Part shown: piece by piece, positions 11,888 to 23,236 of the stretch
Numbering within the stretch: position 1 is the stretch's first letter
Layout of the letters: the number at the start of each line of letters is the position of its first letter
The notes under the pieces: model-generated
Database searches by the model: none
The model's input: the letters and a program-made list of their open reading frames with translations, nothing else
What the model was told of the DNA's origin: nothing
Source of the DNA: Methanotrichaceae archaeon
GTDB lineage: Archaea > Halobacteriota > Methanosarcinia > Methanotrichales > Methanotrichaceae
Reading direction: 5' to 3'
Length of the DNA stretch: 64,000 nt
Assembly (NCBI GenBank): GCA_963813075.1
Contig: CAWEXU010000007.1
Span: forward strand, 46,683-110,682
Program-made: the position numbers and the translations under genes

Positions 11888-12231
11888 TTGATCTGCTCAG
11901 CTTCCAGCACCCGCAGAGGGATGGTGCCCAGAGCCTTTCCCACACTGGATTTGGCTATCCTTCCCGCATGCTCCTCGCTCTCTGCATTGAATATCTTGAT
12001 CTCGAACAGAAGTGCCACCAGGGCCGTGCTGCTCACGAGAAAGACGCCGTCTAAGGATTCATTGCATTCAGGGCAATCCCACTGGCCAACCTCTACCTCT
12101 ACAAAGTCCATCTTTCTCTGGTTCAATCTCTTGCCCGCCTCAGAGATGGCCACACCAATGGCATCATCCTCGGTCTTGACATCTCTGACCAGCCAGGCAC
12201 CCTCCAGCAAGACGTTGAAATTCGGCATCAA
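11884..12231 (-). CDS. UPF0212/DUF555 family protein
   Basis: AWLVRDV...DDAIGVAISEAGKRLN, CPEC, and FNAES.EHA.RIAK motifs. Confidence 0.85.
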   Translation of the reverse strand: MMPNFNVLLEGAWLVRDVKTEDDAIGVAISEAGKRLNQRKMDFVEVEVGQWDCPECNESLDGVFLVSSTALVALLFEIKIFNAESEEHAGRIAKSSVGKALGTIPLRVLEAEQIN

Positions 12232-12583
12232 CTAAGTGCTAGGATGATGTATCATATCTACTTTTTCCGCCAGAAATCGCTTTGGTTTTCCAGTCTATCG
12301 CGAAACGCATATTCATGGCAGGCGGAATTTTCAGCATAGATAGAGGTTGCCAGTCCACTTTTTGTTCGGCAATTTTTCAGTGTTTATATCTGTTTATTGC
12401 CTGCAGTATTGGAGCGAAGCATATACTATTAATAAGAGAGCATCATTCGGAACATTATGTCTGAGGAAGCACCGGCTATTCCGGGATTATCACTTTATTG
12501 CAGCATTTTTATTTCCGTTCCCTGAAAACGTTATCATACATCAAGTCGTTAATCATCAAGCATAAAAAGAGGGTCTTGCATAT

Positions 12584-14619
12584 ATGCGAGAGGATATGCA
12601 AGAGGACAGGGCGGTAGATAACCGGAAAAAGGTCCTGGACTACATATCGGATAACCCTGGCTCACATATGAGAAAGATAGCCAGGGAGTTGGATATGCGC
12701 CTGAGCACTCTGCGCTATCATCTCGATCATCTGGAAAAAAAGGGTTCCATTGCCTGCCAGAAGCAGAATAACTTAAAGGTATATTTCGCTCAGGGCAAGC
12801 TCAAGCCCATGGAGAAGACACTGGCCCCGCTGCTTCAGCAGAAGCGTTTTCGCGATATCATTCTCATTCTGATTGAATCTCCCGGATTGACATTTTCCCA
12901 GATCGTCGATAGCCTCTCTATCGGGGCCTCAACCACCTCAAAATACATCAGTATACTTGAAGAGAAAAAAATATTATTTCATGAAAGGTCTGGAAGGGAG
13001 AAAAAATATTTTGTAAATAATAAGGGGAGTGTGATTGATCTTCTCACGACCTACAAGCAGATGATGGCCGATATGAGCTACGAGATTCGCACTCCGATGA
13101 ATACTATCATAGGCATGACCAGCCTCCTTTTGGATGAGAAGCTGACAGCTGAGCAGAGGGATTTTGTGGAGACGATCAAGGTAAGCGGAGACGCTCTAAT
13201 GTCCATTATCAATAACATCCTTGACTTCTCCCGAATAGAGAGAGAAAACATAATCCTTGATATCCAGGATTTCATTCTGAGCGAATGCATCGAAGAAGCC
13301 CTGGATTCTGTGGCCTTGAGGGCAGGGGAGAAGAGGCTGAACCTGGCCTACAGGATAGAAAGAGGCACTCCGGACGGAATCTGGGGCGACCGCAAAAAGC
13401 TCTATCAGATACTGGTCAAGCTGCTGGATAATGCTGTCAAGTTCACAGAGAAGGGAGAGGTTCTGATATCGGTATCATCTAAAGATGGCGACGGCCTCAG
13501 TGAGATTCAATTTGCAGTCAAAGATACCGGTATTGGCATTTCTTCAGAGATGATGGACCATCTCTTTGAATCTTACAGCCAGGTGATGGACCGGCTATCC
13601 CAGTCCTTTCGCCAGGCCAACTTCGAGTCGTTCAGCGGCATCGATCCTGCGGGAGGATATAATCCAGGAGCCGGCATTGGGCTTGCCATCAGCCGCAGGC
13701 TGGTGGAAATGATGGGAGGGAGAATCTGGGCGGAGAGCAATCCCGGAGAGGGATCGACGATTCACTTCTATATCAGGGCAGAAAGAGCAGAGATCAAGCC
13801 CCCATATGTCGGAATCCAGCCAATGCTGGAAGGAAAGCGAATTCTCATCGTGGAGGAAAACACGACCATTAAGGATATGCTCCGCCATGTAGCTTTGGAT
13901 TGGGGCATGCTCCCTGTGGCAATCGAATCGAGCGAATCGGCGCAGAAGATGATTCAAAGCGCCATTCCCTTTGACCTCATCCTCCTCGATACTTCTAGCA
14001 GCAAATTTCAGGAGCGCAAATGCCGCCAGCATTGTTCGTATGCATAACCGGTCCATTCCCCTGGTGACCCTCTCATTTGCGGGGGAGGATGTGCAGTCGG
14101 GCCTGTCGGATGCTGCCCTGACAAAACCGATAAAGATTTCCCAGCTCTATGATGTCCTCACCGGGGTTTTGGCTGCCCAGCCCCTCCTGAGTGCGAGAGC
14201 CCTCTTCACCCAGGACGGCGAGCCCGTCGGCTGGCCGGAGAGTTCTGCTGGTGGAGGACAATATCTCCAATCAAAAGGTTACTTTAGCCATGCTCAAGCG
14301 CCTGGGATATGAGGCCGATCTGGCCGCCAATGGAGTCGAGGCGCTGAAAGCATTTGAGAATCGCGATTATGATATCGTCCTGATGGACCTGAGAATGCCG
14401 GAGATGAACGGCCTGGAAGCCACAAAGGTCATCCGGGAGCGCTGGCCGGAGAGGAGAACAAAGATAATAGCCATCACTGCATTTGCATTGCAGGGAGACA
14501 GGGAGAAGTGTCTTGCCGCCGGGATGGACGACTACATCAGCAAGCCTGTGCGGATGAACGAGCTGGAGAAGCTGCTGGAAAAGCATGTGGGCTCAAATAT
14601 TATCCCTCAAGCAGCTTAA
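12584..14619 (+). CDS. Tandem wHTH + HisKA-like + HATPase + two receiver domains (FilR1-like architecture; frameshifted near 14000 and 14200)
   Basis: N-terminal wHTH (NPGSHMRKIARELDM..STLRYHL), H-box read as MSYEIRTPMN, N/G boxes, and REC domains ending AGMDDYISKP. Confidence 0.85.
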
Positions 14620-14896
14620 TAAAATTCAACGAGAATTGCTTCTTAATAGCGTCAAAATCATCATTATTTATATACATTTTAGAATTTTTGGTCTAACTGA
14701 TGCATTTATTTTTCTAAAATGAGCAGCATGGACGGATATATAGTTATATTAGAAAGCTGGAATTAGCAATTGGATAAGAGCGTCAATGACTTGAAAACAT
14801 CATTAATGCTTTGGGCTGAGATTTGATTTAAGCCCAGAAGCATTATGAGAGCAAATGGATGAAGGAATCAGCGAGTCGCGAATTGGATGATGGAAA

Positions 14897-17800
14897 ATGG
14901 ATATTGCCGCCGAGAGTGCAAATGCTGCTGCAGACTCCCCTGACAGCGGCCTGGATAATGAGCCCCATGACTCCCAGCCGCCTGCATCCAAATGGGTCTT
15001 TCCATTTCGCTATTCACTGGCCATTGCAGGCCTGACCGTCATCTTTTTTGCCTTAATATTATTCCTTTTGAGGGACGATCCGGATAAATCCACCGCTTTC
15101 TCAGATCTCGTCCTCATCCCGATTAACGGCATAGCTGCTCTCATTCTTTTTTATGCCGCAAGGTCATCATATAAACAGAACAAAAAGTTCTACTGGGCCT
15201 GGCTGATATTCTCCCTGGCCACTTTGAGCTTTGCCTTAGGAGATGCTATCTGGGCTTATGAAGAGGCTATCTTAGGCATCGATCCATTCTACTCAATTGG
15301 AAACATCTTCTTTTTAGCGTACTACCCGCTATTTTTATTGGGGATATTCTCCCTTCCATCCCAGGAATTTTCGGTTAGAGAGCGCTCCAAGATGATCCTG
15401 GATTTCGGAATAGTGATGATCGCTGGGACCATCATGTTCTGGGACTTCATCATCGGACCGGTCATCCAGGAATCAGCAAACTACAACCTTCCCACATTGA
15501 TCATCTACATCTTCTATCCGCTTGGGGATATGATATTGCTCTTCTCGGTGCTTGAGATCCTCTACCGGAAGATCTATGGCAATGAAAAGAGGCCATTACT
15601 CTTTCTTGCTGCCGGTCTGACCGCTCTGATCATAACCGATTCCATATTCCTCCGCCAATCATGGCTGGATACATATGTAGGCGGAGGGCTTCTCGATTTG
15701 GGCTGGGCCATATCATATGTTCTGATAGGCCTGGCAGGAATGGCTCAGGCTGACGAGATGGCGAAGAATTCTCTGAATAAGATTGCTACAAGACAACTGC
15801 GCTATGGGGAACTGACCTGGATCATCTACCTGCCCTATATTTGTGCAGCGGGAGCTTTTGCATTGCTGATTTTGAGCCATGAAAATCCCATTGGCCTGTC
15901 CTTTTCCACTCTATCCGTGGCAGTAGGGGTAATAATCGGCATGGTCATTTTGCGCCAGGTTATAGTGCTGAATGAAAATGCCAGGCTTTATAAGAAAGCT
16001 CAGGAGGATATCCGGGATCGAGAGCTGGCCCGATCGGAAGTCATACGGCTCAACGAAGAGCTTGAAGAGCGGGTAGCCCAGCGCACTATGGAGCTTGAGA
16101 ATGCCAATAAAGAGCTTCAGAGCGAGGTAGTGGAGAGAATTCAGGCAGAAGCAGCTATGAGGGATTCCGAGCGCAGAATGGCGGACATCATCAACTTCCT
16201 CCCCGATGCTACTTTCGTCATAAACAAGGATGGAGTGGTGATCGCCTGGAACCGGGCCATAGAGAAGATGACCTCGGTCGAGGCAGAGGATATGCTGGGA
16301 AAGGGCAATTACGAGTATTCTCTGCCCTTCTATAAAGAACGAAGGCCTATTCTGGTCGACCTGGTACTGAATCCGAACCTTGATCTGGAGAGCCGCTACG
16401 AAGAGCTCAAAAGGCACGAAGACAACAGCCTGGTCGGCGTCAGCTTCATCTCTAACCTCAAGGGGAGCCTGATCTATCTTCTGGGCAGTGCAGCAGTCCT
16501 TTACGATTCCGAAGGGAAGGTCTATGGGGCAATAGAGTCCATTCGTGACATCACCGACCGGAAGATGGTAGAGGAGGATCTCAAGAATGAAAGAGACAGA
16601 GCCGAATCAGCCACAAGGTCCAAATCCAATTTTCTGGCCAATATGAGCCATGAGATACGCACTCCGATGAATGCGGTCATCGGCATGGCCGGCCTCCTCC
16701 TGGAATCGGATTTGAAGCCTGAGCAACGCGACTACCTGGAGACCATCCGGAACAGCGGAAACTCACTATTGGCCATCATCAACGATATCCTGGATTATTC
16801 CAAGATAGACGGTGAGAAGATGGAGCTGGAGATCCTGCCCTTCGATCTCATGGGCTGCATTGAGGTTTCTATGGACCTGGTGGCAGCAAAAGCGGCAGAG
16901 AAGGGGCTGGAGCTGACGTACTTCCAGGATGATCTTGTTCCCAGGGTGATAATGGGAGATGAGATTCGTCTGCGTCAGGTGCTGGTCAATCTCCTGGGAA
17001 ATGCCACAAAATTTACTGAAAAGGGCGAGATCGTCTTATCCTTGAGTTCCACCCCACTGGAAGAGGGAAAAGTAGAGCTGCATTTTAGAGTTATGGATAC
17101 CGGAATCGGCATATCTCAGGAGAATTTAAGCCGGCTCTTTCAGTTCTTCACCCAGGTCGATTCCTCGACCACCAGGCATTACGGAGGAACCGGTCTGGGA
17201 CTGGCCATAAGCAGGAGGCTGGTGGAGATGATGGAGGGAAAGATCTGGGTGGAGAGCGAGACGGAAATAGGGAGCACATTCCATTTCACCATTCGCTGTC
17301 GGGCGTGTCCTGATGAAGCCGCCCTGGATCAAACCGGGATGATCCTCTCCGGCAAGAGGGTGCTGATAGCAGAAGGCCATGATTCGGTAAGAGAGATGCT
17401 CTGCCAGCTCGTCAGCTCCTGGGGTATGAAAGCAGTAGCTACTGGCACAGGCAGGGAGGCGATAGAACTCATGGCGAAGGAGAATGCATTTGATTTTATG
17501 ATTTCGGATGCCCACTTGCCTGATATGGATGGGGTTCTCATAGCCGGACAGATCAGGGCAAGAGGCAATCTTCCATATGTGATATTGATCAGCCATATTG
17601 GTGAGAGGATACAGAGAGATGATTCTGTCTCCGGGTGGCTGACCAAACCGGTGAAACCCCGTCTGCTCAAGGGTCTCCTCATCGATCTGATCTCTCCGGC
17701 AAACGGAGAGCCCAAAGATGCGTTGGGACAATCCCCGACTCCTGTGGAGAAGACCAGTAACCTTTCCATTCTCCTGGCAGAGGATAACCCGGTGAACCAG

Positions 17801-18136
17801 AAGGTAGCGCTCATAATGCTCAAGCACCTTGACTACAGGGCAGATGTGGCCCACAGCGGTCCTGAAGTCCTGGCATGTATGAAAGAAAAGCACTACGACG
17901 TCATTCTGATGGATATCCAGATGCCGGATATGGATGGCCTTGAGGCTACCCGACTCATTCGCAAGATGTCCGGATCCAACTCTCAGCCGTATATCATTGC
18001 CATGACCGCCTATGCCCTGGAGGGAGATAGAGAGGAGTTCTTGAGCACAGGCATGAACGATTATCTTAGCAAACCGATCCAGATAGGAGAGCTGAAATCG
18101 GCATTAAAAAGATTTGAAGATATGAGAAAAGATTGA
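14897..18136 (+). CDS. Membrane-bound hybrid sensor histidine kinase (multi-TM, PAS, HisKA, HATPase, 2x REC)
   Basis: Many TM helices, PAS domain, ANMSHEIRTPMN, GGTGLGL, and two receiver domains. Confidence 0.92.
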   Translation: MDIAAESANAAADSPDSGLDNEPHDSQPPASKWVFPFRYSLAIAGLTVIFFALILFLLRDDPDKSTAFSDLVLIPINGIAALILFYAARSSYKQNKKFYWAWLIFSLATLSFALGDAIWAYEEAILGIDPFYSIGNIFFLAYYPLFLLGIFSLPSQEFSVRERSKMILDFGIVMIAGTIMFWDFIIGPVIQESANYNLPTLIIYIFYPLGDMILLFSVLEILYRKIYGNEKRPLLFLAAGLTALIITDSIFLRQSWLDTYVGGGLLDLGWAISYVLIGLAGMAQADEMAKNSLNKIATRQLRYGELTWIIYLPYICAAGAFALLILSHENPIGLSFSTLSVAVGVIIGMVILRQVIVLNENARLYKKAQEDIRDRELARSEVIRLNEELEERVAQRTMELENANKELQSEVVERIQAEAAMRDSERRMADIINFLPDATFVINKDGVVIAWNRAIEKMTSVEAEDMLGKGNYEYSLPFYKERRPILVDLVLNPNLDLESRYEELKRHEDNSLVGVSFISNLKGSLIYLLGSAAVLYDSEGKVYGAIESIRDITDRKMVEEDLKNERDRAESATRSKSNFLANMSHEIRTPMNAVIGMAGLLLESDLKPEQRDYLETIRNSGNSLLAIINDILDYSKIDGEKMELEILPFDLMGCIEVSMDLVAAKAAEKGLELTYFQDDLVPRVIMGDEIRLRQVLVNLLGNATKFTEKGEIVLSLSSTPLEEGKVELHFRVMDTGIGISQENLSRLFQFFTQVDSSTTRHYGGTGLGLAISRRLVEMMEGKIWVESETEIGSTFHFTIRCRACPDEAALDQTGMILSGKRVLIAEGHDSVREMLCQLVSSWGMKAVATGTGREAIELMAKENAFDFMISDAHLPDMDGVLIAGQIRARGNLPYVILISHIGERIQRDDSVSGWLTKPVKPRLLKGLLIDLISPANGEPKDALGQSPTPVEKTSNLSILLAEDNPVNQKVALIMLKHLDYRADVAHSGPEVLACMKEKHYDVILMDIQMPDMDGLEATRLIRKMSGSNSQPYIIAMTAYALEGDREEFLSTGMNDYLSKPIQIGELKSALKRFEDMRKD

Positions 18137-18142
18137 TTCTGA

Positions 18143-18856
18143 TCAGATCATCCTGTCTTCTTCCCTCTCTTCTATGAAAAGCTCTGGCAATGCATTCATG
18201 TACTCTTTAATCATGATTGGAAAAGATCTGGACTCCATAAATCGCAGACCGAGCTGCTCAGCCCAGCGCTGAATGCCCAGGTCCTGGGAGACGACAGCAG
18301 CATCCAGCTCCTTGGCCAGGAGAAGGACATCGATGTCCGGAGCGCTATCCAGGATGCCGTAGCGGAGTGCGGCTCTGTACTTCTCGCGGAACTTTCTTAT
18401 TATGCTCCCCACGACCTCCCGTTCTATCTCATCCTTCATATCTTTCAGGTCGCCACTGTTTTCGGATAAAGAGATACACCTGGAGACCGATTCCCAGATC
18501 GCTTCCTCGGATATGTTCATCCCCTTGTTTATGCGGCTCCTCATGTAATCCACATACTCATAAAAGATCTTTGAGGGCACCTTGACCTTATACCTATCCG
18601 GGGTCTTCTTGACCAGCCAGGTGTCGACCTTTCCCAGGACGCGGGAATCGCAGTTATTGTGCCTGGCGAAATCCTTGATCTCATTGTAGACAGAGGGATA
18701 GGGTATATAGCAGCTGATCCCCAGGTGAAGCCTGCCCTCTGAAACGCGGTTTAAGATGGCATTCATCCCTTCGCAGATGTCGGTGGCGCCCTCGCTCTCC
18801 CAGGCCATGGAGTCTGTAAGTGCAGTTGTATCCAGAACGAATCTTTGGCGCAGCAT
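18143..18856 (-). CDS. Protein-only RNase P homolog (HARP, PIN-fold; also annotated as RNA ligase partner protein)
   Basis: [42 protein letters not shown] motifs. Confidence 0.88.
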   Translation of the reverse strand: MLRQRFVLDTTALTDSMAWESEGATDICEGMNAILNRVSEGRLHLGISCYIPYPSVYNEIKDFARHNNCDSRVLGKVDTWLVKKTPDRYKVKVPSKIFYEYVDYMRSRINKGMNISEEAIWESVSRCISLSENSGDLKDMKDEIEREVVGSIIRKFREKYRAALRYGILDSAPDIDVLLLAKELDAAVVSQDLGIQRWAEQLGLRFMESRSFPIMIKEYMNALPELFIEEREEDRMI

Positions 18857-18884
18857 TGCTGAATGTAATGTATCAAGTCATATA

Positions 18885-18929
18885 AGATAGCTTCCAAGAT
18901 AGCTCCCACAAGATAGCTTCCAAGATAGG
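18885..18929. repeat. Short tandem repeat AAGATAGCT(T/C)CC between divergent genes
   Basis: aagatagcttcc-aagatagctcccac-aagatagcttcc-aagatag. Confidence 0.7.
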
Positions 18930-18965
18930 TATCACCTAAAAAGGCTAATAAATCCCTTCTGTCGA

Positions 18966-19700
18966 ATGGGATATGTGACTATTGTGCAACCTCTGGTCTT
19001 CACCCTGGCCAGAATTGAGAACCTGATGCATCAGGTGAGCTTCGATCCAGCGGAGATGAAAGGCAAGATCATCACCAATACCACCAGGGTCAAAAAAGAT
19101 GTCCTGGACGATACGTTAGCCGTCTTCTATGATACCATTAACAGCGGACTCGCAGTATCGCCGATGATCAAGGTCGCGGAAGGAAAGAGGCTGGTAAAGA
19201 TCAAGACCGCTTGCAGCCTGACCCTCTGCGGCGTCCTGCTCAAGCATGGCATACCGGTCCATCCCCGGGGCGGAGGTCTGGTGGAGGTGGTGGAGAGGGA
19301 GCCGACCAGATTCACTGATATGCTCATGTATTGGGCTACCACGGTCGATCCAATAGACGTCCTGACCGCCCAGGGGCTGATGGACATCAACGGAATGATG
19401 CGCACTGGAAACGGCCGGATCCTGGGCAACCTCCATGAGGCGCCTATGCTCGCCCGGGACAAAATCGAGGATGTGCTTGACAATCTGGCCCGGGCGGGAT
19501 TTGCCGGGGTGCTGGAGCTGGGCCAGCCGAATATGAATGTGCTCGGGGTCTCTGTGGAAAGAGATCATGTGGGACTGGCGCTGGTGGGAGGAACCAATCT
19601 GGTGGCTGCAGCGAGGGAGTGTGAGATCGAGGTGGTGCACGAGTCCATCAGCGACCTGACGGATATTGCCGAGATGAAGCATATCGAAGAGCTTCTTTAA
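18966..19700 (+). CDS. nrpRII: Nitrogen regulator NrpRII-like (DUF128 domains, no HTH)
   Basis: TACSLTLCGVLLKHGIP, RFTD...Y..TTVDP, G.G.ILGN and GGTN motifs. Confidence 0.8.
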   Translation: MGYVTIVQPLVFTLARIENLMHQVSFDPAEMKGKIITNTTRVKKDVLDDTLAVFYDTINSGLAVSPMIKVAEGKRLVKIKTACSLTLCGVLLKHGIPVHPRGGGLVEVVEREPTRFTDMLMYWATTVDPIDVLTAQGLMDINGMMRTGNGRILGNLHEAPMLARDKIEDVLDNLARAGFAGVLELGQPNMNVLGVSVERDHVGLALVGGTNLVAAARECEIEVVHESISDLTDIAEMKHIEELL

Positions 19701-19739
19701 AAGAATTGTTCTTATATCACAAGCGATCAATTCCCCTTT

Positions 19740-21475
19740 GTGATCGATTCCGCCAAGAACCGCGAGATAGCTGGCGTTCTCTACCAGATGGCAGAGCTCT
19801 TAGAGCTGCATGACCAGAACCGCTTCAAGATAATTGCCTACAGCAAAGCGGCAAGGGCAATTGAATCCCTGAAAGAGGATATCGAGCAGGTCTGCCGGGA
19901 AAAGAGGCTCCAGTCCATTCCCGGGGTTGGCAAGGCGATAGCAGAGAAGATCGAGGAGTACCTGCGCACTGGGAAGATTCAGTCCCATCAGGATCTCCTG
20001 GCGATAACCCCTCCCGGCCTGGCTGAGCTTCTCCAGATCTCAGGCCTGGGCCCAAAGACGGTCTTTATGCTCCATGAGAAGCTGAACATAACCAATCTGG
20101 ATGAGCTGGAGAAGGCAGCAAAAGAGCACCGGATTCGCCGGCTTCCCAGGATGGGTGAGGTTCGCGAGAAGAATATAATAAAGTCCATCGAAAGGTACAG
20201 GAAGCGAAGCTATCGCATTCTCTATAGCTCTGCCGAGCCCATTGTAAATGAGATCCTGGCATACCTGGGCAGGATGGAGGGGCTTGGAGCATGCCACTGC
20301 CGCAGGCAGCTACCGCAGGAGACGGGAGACGGTGGGTGATGTCGATATCCTGGCCACCGCAGCAAGGCCGGAGGAGATCGTGGCGGCATTTGTGAGAATG
20401 CCCCTGGTGGAAGAGGTCCTGGCCAAAGGTCCCACCAAAGCAAGCGTCATCATGAATGATACCATCCAGGTGGATCTGAGGATAGTTGAGCACCGATCAT
20501 ATGGCACTGTTCTGCAATACTTCACCGGCTCCAAGGAGCATAACGTCCGCATGCGCCAGCTGGCTTTGGATCGAGGCTATTCCCTGAGCGAGTACTCCCT
20601 CACCCGGCTGGCCGATGGCCAGGATCTGTTCTTCGACAAAGAGGAGGATGTTTACCTGGCTTTAGGCGTGGAGTACATCCATCCTGAGCTGCGGGAGGAC
20701 CGGGGAGAAGTCGAGGCGGCATTGGGAGGCCGGCTTCCCAGGCTCATCGAGCAGGAGGACATAAAAGGCGACTTGCATGTCCACAGCAGCTGGTCGGATG
20801 GAAGAGCCTCGATTATCGAGCTGGCCAATGCCGCCCGAGACTTGGGCTATGAGTATATCGCATTATCCGACCATTCTCCATCTGTCGGCATCGCCGGCGG
20901 TATCGGGACAGATAAAATGGAGGAGAAGATCGAGGCGGTGGCAGCGGCAAATGAGAATCTGGAGGGAATCGCTGTCCTGATGGGGGCGGAGGTGGACATT
21001 AAAGGCGGACGGCAGCCTGGACTATCCCGATTCTCTCCTGGAGAGGATGGATGTGGTTGTGGCATCAGTTCACATGGCCCAGCAGCAGAAGGAAAGGGCG
21101 ATCACAGGACGGCTGATCTCGGCCATAGAAAACGAGAACGTGGATATCATCGGCCACCCCACGGGAAGGATCATCAACCAGCGAGAGCCGTCGGATATGG
21201 ACTTCCAGGCGGTCCTGGATGCCGCGGCAAGGACGGGCACCATTCTGGAGATCAATGCTAACCCCGGCCGTCTGGACCTGAATGATTTGAATGCCAGAGC
21301 GGCGAAGGAGATGGGGGTTAGGATGAGCATCAACTCCGATGCCCACGATGCCCAGCAGCTGCTCTATATGAGATATGGAGTGAACGTCGCCCGGAGGGCC
21401 TGGCTGGAGAAGAAGGATATCCTCAATGCTATGGATTTAAGGGATCTTCTCCGGTTTCTTAAAGAGAAGGATTAG
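19740..21475 (+). CDS. polX: DNA polymerase X with PHP domain (two frameshifts)
   Basis: HhH motifs, AGSYRRRRETVGDVDIL, FTGSKEHN, DLHVHS, GHPTGR and SDAH. Confidence 0.92.
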
Positions 21476-21693
21476 CCGCCAGGATCTGGCGGGCTGATCA
21501 AATGCTTCATAGTTTGTGCTAAATATTCTTAGTTGTGCCATAAAATCCTTATTAGTTAGACTCGTATTATTGAATCAGAGGCTTAATGGGATCTTATGCC
21601 CTGTCTAACTTCGTATGCAATCGGCTGGATGAGGCCTGCTGCAGACGGATGGGAGCCTCAAGATGAGAATGCTATAAAAAAAGGAGATGTCAC

Positions 21694-21852
21694 ATGCCCA
21701 AGATAATTGATTTCGACCTCCCAGAATCGCTGGCCAACTCTCTGAAGGCTTATGCCGTGAAAACAAAGGCTAGTAGCATAGATCACAGCCAAATTGTGGA
21801 AGCGGCATTGATTGAGTTCTTCGAGAAGCGTGGCGTCAGAGTTGATACTTGA
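21694..21852 (+). CDS. Small ribbon-helix-helix-like protein, 52 aa (below ORF-track cutoff)
   Basis: AAGGAG RBS just upstream of the ATG; MPKIIDFDLPESLANSLKAYAVKTKASSIDHSQIVEAALIEFFEKRGVRVDT has a beta-strand/helix/helix pattern. Confidence 0.7.
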   Translation: MPKIIDFDLPESLANSLKAYAVKTKASSIDHSQIVEAALIEFFEKRGVRVDT

Positions 21853-21928
21853 AGAGGATTTGTTGGATGCGGGATTGTGTCCAGGTAGTCTGCCAGACGG
21901 AATCCAGCATCCAGATAAGTTTATCCTT

Positions 21929-23206
21929 TTAGTCCTCCATTATATCCCGAAAGATGGTCTGCTCTCTTCCCGGTCCTACAGATACCGCAGAGATCTCCAC
22001 CCCAAGCAGGTCCTCTAATTTTTCCACATAATCCCTGGCGTTCTCCGGCAGATCATCATAGTCTCCGATCCCGGTTATATCCTCGGTCCAGCCAGCCACC
22101 TCCTCATAGACTGGCTTGCAGCGGGCGAAGTCTACGGTGCTCTCCGGCGGATAGCCAAGGGTTTCGCCGTCCAGCTCATAGCCCACACAGATCTTTATGG
22201 GATTGATGCCCGTGAGCACATCAAGCTTGGTGAGGGCAAGCTCAGTGTAGCCGTTCAGATATACGGACTTCAGGCCCAAGACGGCATCAAACCAGCCGCA
22301 TCTGCGCGCTCTTCCGGTGGTCGTGCCGTACTCGCTACCCTTCTCTCTCATCTGCTCACCCAGGGAATCGACCAGCTCCGTGGGCATGGGCCCCTCGCCC
22401 ACCCGGGTGATGTAGGCCTTGATCACTCCCACCACGTTGTCAACCATCACCGGGCCGACGCCCAGGTTTGCGCAGGCGCTTCCAGCAATGGTGAAGCTGG
22501 AGGTGACGAACTTCTGGGTGCCGTGGATGACATCTAAAAATGCCCCCTGAGCCCCTTCAGCCAGAACGCTCTTCTCCTCCAGGATAGCGATGTTGATCTC
22601 TCGGGAGACATCGGTGATCCTGCTCTTCAATTTCTTTCCGATCTCCAGATACTCATCGATGTAAGGAGCATACCTGACCACGGTTGGGTCGCCGCCCATA
22701 TCCAGGATGGCCTTCTCCTTGCCAGGTGCTATCTCCTTGAGCTTGGCTTCCAGCAATGCAGGATCGGTGAGGTCACCCATCTGGACCTCCTCGCGAGCGA
22801 TCTTGTCCACATAGGCAAATCCAATGCCACGGTTTGTGGTCCCGATCTTCTCCGTCCTCGCCTTCTCACGCAGGCCGTCCAGCTCGATGTGATAGGGCAT
22901 GATGATCGTCGTCTTGGGATCGATTCCCAAATCGACCTTAATGCCTTCAGACTCCAGGGACTGAATCTCATTCCACAGAACCCGGGGGTTAAGGACCACA
23001 CCCGGTCCGATCAGAAGCCGGCGACCGAAGATAGCGCCGCTGGGGACCAGATGGAGCTTGTATGTCTTTCCTCCCACGACCACGGTATGGCCGGCATTGT
23101 CGCCCCCCTGGAAGCGAACAATGACATCGTAGTTCTCTGCCAGTAGATCTATAACCTTCCCTTTTCCCTCATCACCAAACTGCGCACCGGTGAGTATTGT
23201 AAACAT
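21929..23206 (-). CDS. purA: Adenylosuccinate synthetase
   Basis: GAQFGDEGKGK, GGDNAGHT, EGAQG and GTTTGRARRCGW motifs. Confidence 0.97.
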   Translation of the reverse strand: MFTILTGAQFGDEGKGKVIDLLAENYDVIVRFQGGDNAGHTVVVGGKTYKLHLVPSGAIFGRRLLIGPGVVLNPRVLWNEIQSLESEGIKVDLGIDPKTTIIMPYHIELDGLREKARTEKIGTTNRGIGFAYVDKIAREEVQMGDLTDPALLEAKLKEIAPGKEKAILDMGGDPTVVRYAPYIDEYLEIGKKLKSRITDVSREINIAILEEKSVLAEGAQGAFLDVIHGTQKFVTSSFTIAGSACANLGVGPVMVDNVVGVIKAYITRVGEGPMPTELVDSLGEQMREKGSEYGTTTGRARRCGWFDAVLGLKSVYLNGYTELALTKLDVLTGINPIKICVGYELDGETLGYPPESTVDFARCKPVYEEVAGWTEDITGIGDYDDLPENARDYVEKLEDLLGVEISAVSVGPGREQTIFRDIMED

Positions 23207-23236
23207 ACTTCTTGAGATGTCGGGCCACGTAGATAA

